This document shows positions 9,475 through 12,757 of a stretch of DNA of 12,757 bases, piece by piece; the first letter of the stretch is position 1; each line of letters starts with the position of its first letter. The position numbers and the translations under genes are program-made. The notes beneath the pieces are model-generated. The model searched no databases, was not told where the DNA came from, and saw only the letters and a program-made list of their open reading frames with translations. This DNA comes from Octopus sinensis (lineage: Eukaryota). The stretch covers positions 1 to 12,757 of the forward strand of contig NW_021826479.1 of assembly GCF_006345805.1 (NCBI RefSeq), read 5' to 3'.

Positions 9475-9555
9475 CATACTTTCTAACGCCATCTTATATT
9501 TCTACTCTTTAGTAAATCTCTCTACATTTCACTCGTCTCTATCATACATTATGTA

Positions 9556-9558
9556 ACA

Positions 9559-9611
<53 letters not shown>

Positions 9612-9805
9612 TCTCTCTCTCTCTCTCTCTTTCTGTCACACTCTTACCCCACCTCTTTTCGCCCTCTCTTTTTCTTACATCACGTCTGCTCTTGTTTTTA
9701 CTCGCTTGATTTTTACGTTATATAATTTCTCGCCTCTCTCTCTTTTATATTCTCTTTCTCTCTTTCTCTTCCTCTATCTTCTCCTATCTCTCCCATTATC
9801 TCTTC

Positions 9806-9842
<37 letters not shown>

Positions 9843-9852
9843 TACACACACT
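9556..9852. repeat. (CA)n/(CT)n microsatellites and pyrimidine-rich low-complexity DNA
   Basis: Read directly: CA 9556-9610, CT 9612-9630, CT-rich 9730-9822, CA 9823-9851. Confidence 0.9.
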
Positions 9853-10229
9853 TCATCTGTCTATATATGCAAATATATTTCTATGTCAGCATATCACTTA
9901 TCACTACTGCAACGAATTTTGATTGGTGGAAAACGTTAATATATGTTCCTACGTCACAATTACCAACAGCCTCTACAGTTACCAAGGCATTTGCTCTTAC
10001 AATCAAATCCCTGTAATTCTTCGTAACCCATTAGTGTAAGGCACTACAGGTAACCAACAGTGTTTCAACTGTCGGCTGCTATCATCTCTTTACTGTATTA
10101 TTTATTTTACAAGGATTTTTTAAACAATAAACTTAACAATTTCCACATTGGTTCTGCATTCTTCTTCCATGTAAAACTACTTCTCATCCGCCTGCCGTCT
10201 TTCCACCGACTGGCAGTCTTCGACGTCGC

Positions 10230-10575
10230 CTCTTCTTCTTCTTCCTTCTTCTCTTTCTTCTTCTTCTCTTTCTCCTTCTTCTCTTTCTTCTTCTTCTTCT
10301 TCTTCTTCTTCTTCTCCTCTTTCTTCTTCTTCTTCTCTTTCTTCTTCTATTTCTCCTCTTTCTTCTTCTTCTTCTATTTCTTCTCTCTCTTCTCTTCTTC
10401 TCATTCTTCTTCTCCTCTTCTTCTTCTTCTTTTTCTTCTCATTCTTCTTCTTCTCTTTCTTCTTCTTCTTCTTCTTCTTCTTCTCTTTCTTCTCTTTCTT
10501 CTTCTTCTTCTTCTTCTTTTTCTTCTCATTCTTCTTCTCATTCTTCTCTTTCTTCTTCTTCTTCTTCTTCTTCTC
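10230..10575. repeat. Imperfect (CTT)n/(GAA)n trinucleotide tract
   Basis: Read directly; almost purely pyrimidine on the + strand, with a few A interruptions. Confidence 0.97.
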
Positions 10576-10936
10576 CCCCCCCATCTCCCGTGAAGCCTTT
10601 AAAATTACTTTCCGGCAACTGTTACGGTAATTTTCTCCTCTCCGCTTTTCTTTCCTCTCACCCTGTACTCTCCCAATGTAAAATCTAATCTCATTCAGTC
10701 CCGCTTGCAGAAATTTTAGGACGCTGATCGACTTGACAGAAATTGAACTCAGAAACTGAAGGAATAAAATATAATAACACAAATCATTTCGTTCAGTTTT
10801 CTACGGATTCTGGGAGTCAACGTTCGTCGTATTGGTAACCATACTTCGTAATGTTGTACATTAAATGAAAAACGAACTGTTTACAAAGAGGTTTTGTTGT
10901 TTCAATCGATTCTTAGTAGAGAACGGGTATCTATTA

Positions 10937-11103
10937 GTGGCAACCCCCTATTGTACTCTCTCGCCACAACCTTCTCTCACTCTTTCTTCCTGTTTCTTGA
11001 GTAACGCTGCGATGGACTGGCATCCCGTCCAGCTGGGGGGAACACATACGCCATAGAAATCGGGAAACCGGGCCCAGGAGCCTGGCTATGCTTGAAAAGG
11101 GCG
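10937..11103 (+). mobile_element. 5'-truncated A' SINE
   Basis: Matches the reverse complement of ~4520-4685 (TGTACTCT...GCTGCGATGGACTGGCATCCCGTCCAGCTGGGGG...CTTGAAAAGGGCG). Confidence 0.85.
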
Positions 11104-11160
11104 AGAAAGAAAGAATACATATAAAATGTAAAAAACACTCTGCAAACTTTTAAAATTTAT

Positions 11161-11417
11161 TCTTTCTGTGCGGTCCAGTAGTGGTCTGCGGCCCGAAGGG
11201 TGACCTCCACGCCCGATGTATATGGCTGTATATAAGGTAAAGACCCTCTTTCTGTGCGGTCCGGTAGTGGTCTGCGGCCCAAAGGTTGACCCCACGCCCG
11301 ATGTATATGGCTGTAAATAAGGTAAAGACCCTCTTTCTGTGCGGTCCGGTAGTGGTCTGCGGCCCGAAGGGTGACCTCCACGCCCGATGTATATGACTGT
11401 ATATAAGGTAAAGACCC
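11161..11417. repeat. GC-rich 85-86-bp tandem triplication abutting a SINE 3' end
   Basis: Units start at 11161, 11247 and 11332, and each ends AAGGTAAAGACCC. Confidence 0.95.
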
Positions 11418-11723
11418 TCTTCTTTCACGAATGACCATGGTAGTGCATCTAGAAAGTTCCCCTCTGTGACACAAGTCCGGACAAGGTTGTTTATGGAAGA
11501 CCAACAGCTGCCCATGAATACCGGCCTTCCCTCTCCAAGCCACTGGTGTTATCCAAGGGAAAGGAAAAAGGGGCCGATACAGTTTGGCACCAGTGATGTC
11601 GCAACTCATTTCTACAGCTGAGTGAACTGGAGCAAAGTGAAATAAAGGGTCTTGCTCAAAATCGAACTCATTACCTCATGATTGTGAGCCTGAGGCTCCA
11701 ACCACTGAGCCATGCGCCTTCAC
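11405..11723 (-). mobile_element. Family B SINE with an internal deletion just 3' of the B box
   Basis: Aligns with 5089-5433 but lacks the segment corresponding to ~5342-5367. Confidence 0.88.
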
Positions 11724-11815
11724 TACGTATATATTGAAATGGTAAACACTTGGATGTTTCCAGATTAGTAATCTTCTAGTTCCTTCCACGAAATTCCTTC
11801 TACCTTAAAACGTAA

Positions 11816-12305
11816 CGTTTCAGTTCCCGATCCTTAACATGACATTACGGGGTCATTCAGGGGTTAAACATTCCCGTGTGAACGAGAAAAATATCTCCGA
11901 AAGAAAGGGCCTCGTCTTTATAAATAAGGAATAAATATTTTGGTTGGAAACCAAACAGCACAAAGCAACACGTATAAGACGAGGCGGTCGTAAGTGGAGT
12001 GTCGTGAGATTGTGTGACGTTCATGTATTTCTCAAGGGTGTTAGGTAGCAGAGGTGATCGTTTCAGTTCCCGATCCTTAACATGACATTACGAGGTCATT
12101 CAGGGGTTAAACATTCCCGTGTGTACGAGGAAAATATCTCCGAAAGAAAGGCCCTCGTCTTTATAAATAAGGAATAAATATTTTGATCGGAAAAAAACAA
12201 CGCAATGCAACAAACACACGTATAAGACGAGGCGGTCGTAAGTGGAGCGTCGTGAGATTGTGTGACGTTCATGTATTTCTCAAGGGTGTTAGGTAGCAGA
12301 GGTGA
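11816..12305. repeat. Tandem duplication, period 243 bp
   Basis: CGTTTCAGTTCCCGATCC starts at 11816 and 12059; both copies end GGTAGCAGAGGTGA; scattered differences. Confidence 0.95.
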
Positions 12306-12411
12306 AGTGGAATAACTTTTATGCAGAATCTGAAACTGAGGAAGACGGGGTGGAGGAGGAAGAGAAGGAGGGCGAGCAGTTGCAGACATCTCGCAGAAAT
12401 CCTGCTTTCGG

Positions 12412-12590
12412 CTACTACTACTACTACTACCACACCCCACCACCACCACCACCACCAATACTACTCTACTACTACACTACTAACTACCACCACCACCACC
12501 ACCACACTACTACTACTACCACTACCCTACTACCCCTACTAACTACTACTACTAAAAAGACTAAAAAAAGACTACTACTTACTACTATCT
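12412..12590. repeat. Compound (CTA)n/(CCA)n trinucleotide microsatellite
   Basis: Read directly. Confidence 0.93.
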
Positions 12591-12757
12591 AATATATAAT
12601 ATATATGTTTTATACCAATATAAGTTTTTCTTCGTAGCTCGGTGGTCAGAAGTGAGGTGTGCGTGAACATAAGGTGATGGGTGATGGGTGATGTGGTGGT
12701 AGTGGTGATAGGTAGGCTGATAGAGAATGTATGAGCGAACGAGAGAGAGAGGAGAGA

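Noticed and set aside
10060-10782. 177-aa poly-F/L and 201-aa poly-K/E ORFs
   Set aside because: They are open only because the CTT/GAA tract lacks stop codons.
11086-11609. Repetitive minus-strand ORFs (69-150 aa)
   Set aside because: The unit length of 85-86 bp is not a multiple of three, and the ORFs start inside a SINE or the repeat itself.
12302-12592. Acidic ORF with a possible acceptor TTTTATGCAG at ~12318-12327
   Set aside because: It runs into a CTA/CCA microsatellite with no convincing donor or recognisable domain, and GAG-rich low complexity explains the composition.

Overview
This is eukaryotic, essentially non-coding, repeat-saturated DNA. I recall the SINE families as those of Octopus (coleoid cephalopod) genomes, but that assignment is from memory and has not been database-checked. 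None of the supplied ORFs is a credible gene: they translate microsatellites or SINE bodies. The window holds about 15 copies or fragments of at least four tRNA-derived SINE families (working labels A-D), three of them with visible target-site duplications. It also holds a Tc1/mariner-pogo(Tigger)-type MITE split by a SINE, many microsatellites and several local tandem duplications. The most interesting signals are: (1) a ~184-bp headless SINE unit concatenated at a fixed palindromic junction at three loci, up to ~5.4 units at 8388-9474; (2) a palindromic remnant carrying a Penelope-type minimal hammerhead ribozyme motif at 2916-2961; (3) head/core/tail module swapping among SINE families; (4) several inverted SINE pairs, including a ~1-kb fold-back at 5470-6519, that would be dsRNA/ADAR substrates if transcribed; (5) an apparent template-switch palindrome at 2405-2430. 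I cannot confirm a new biological system from sequence alone; these are candidates.
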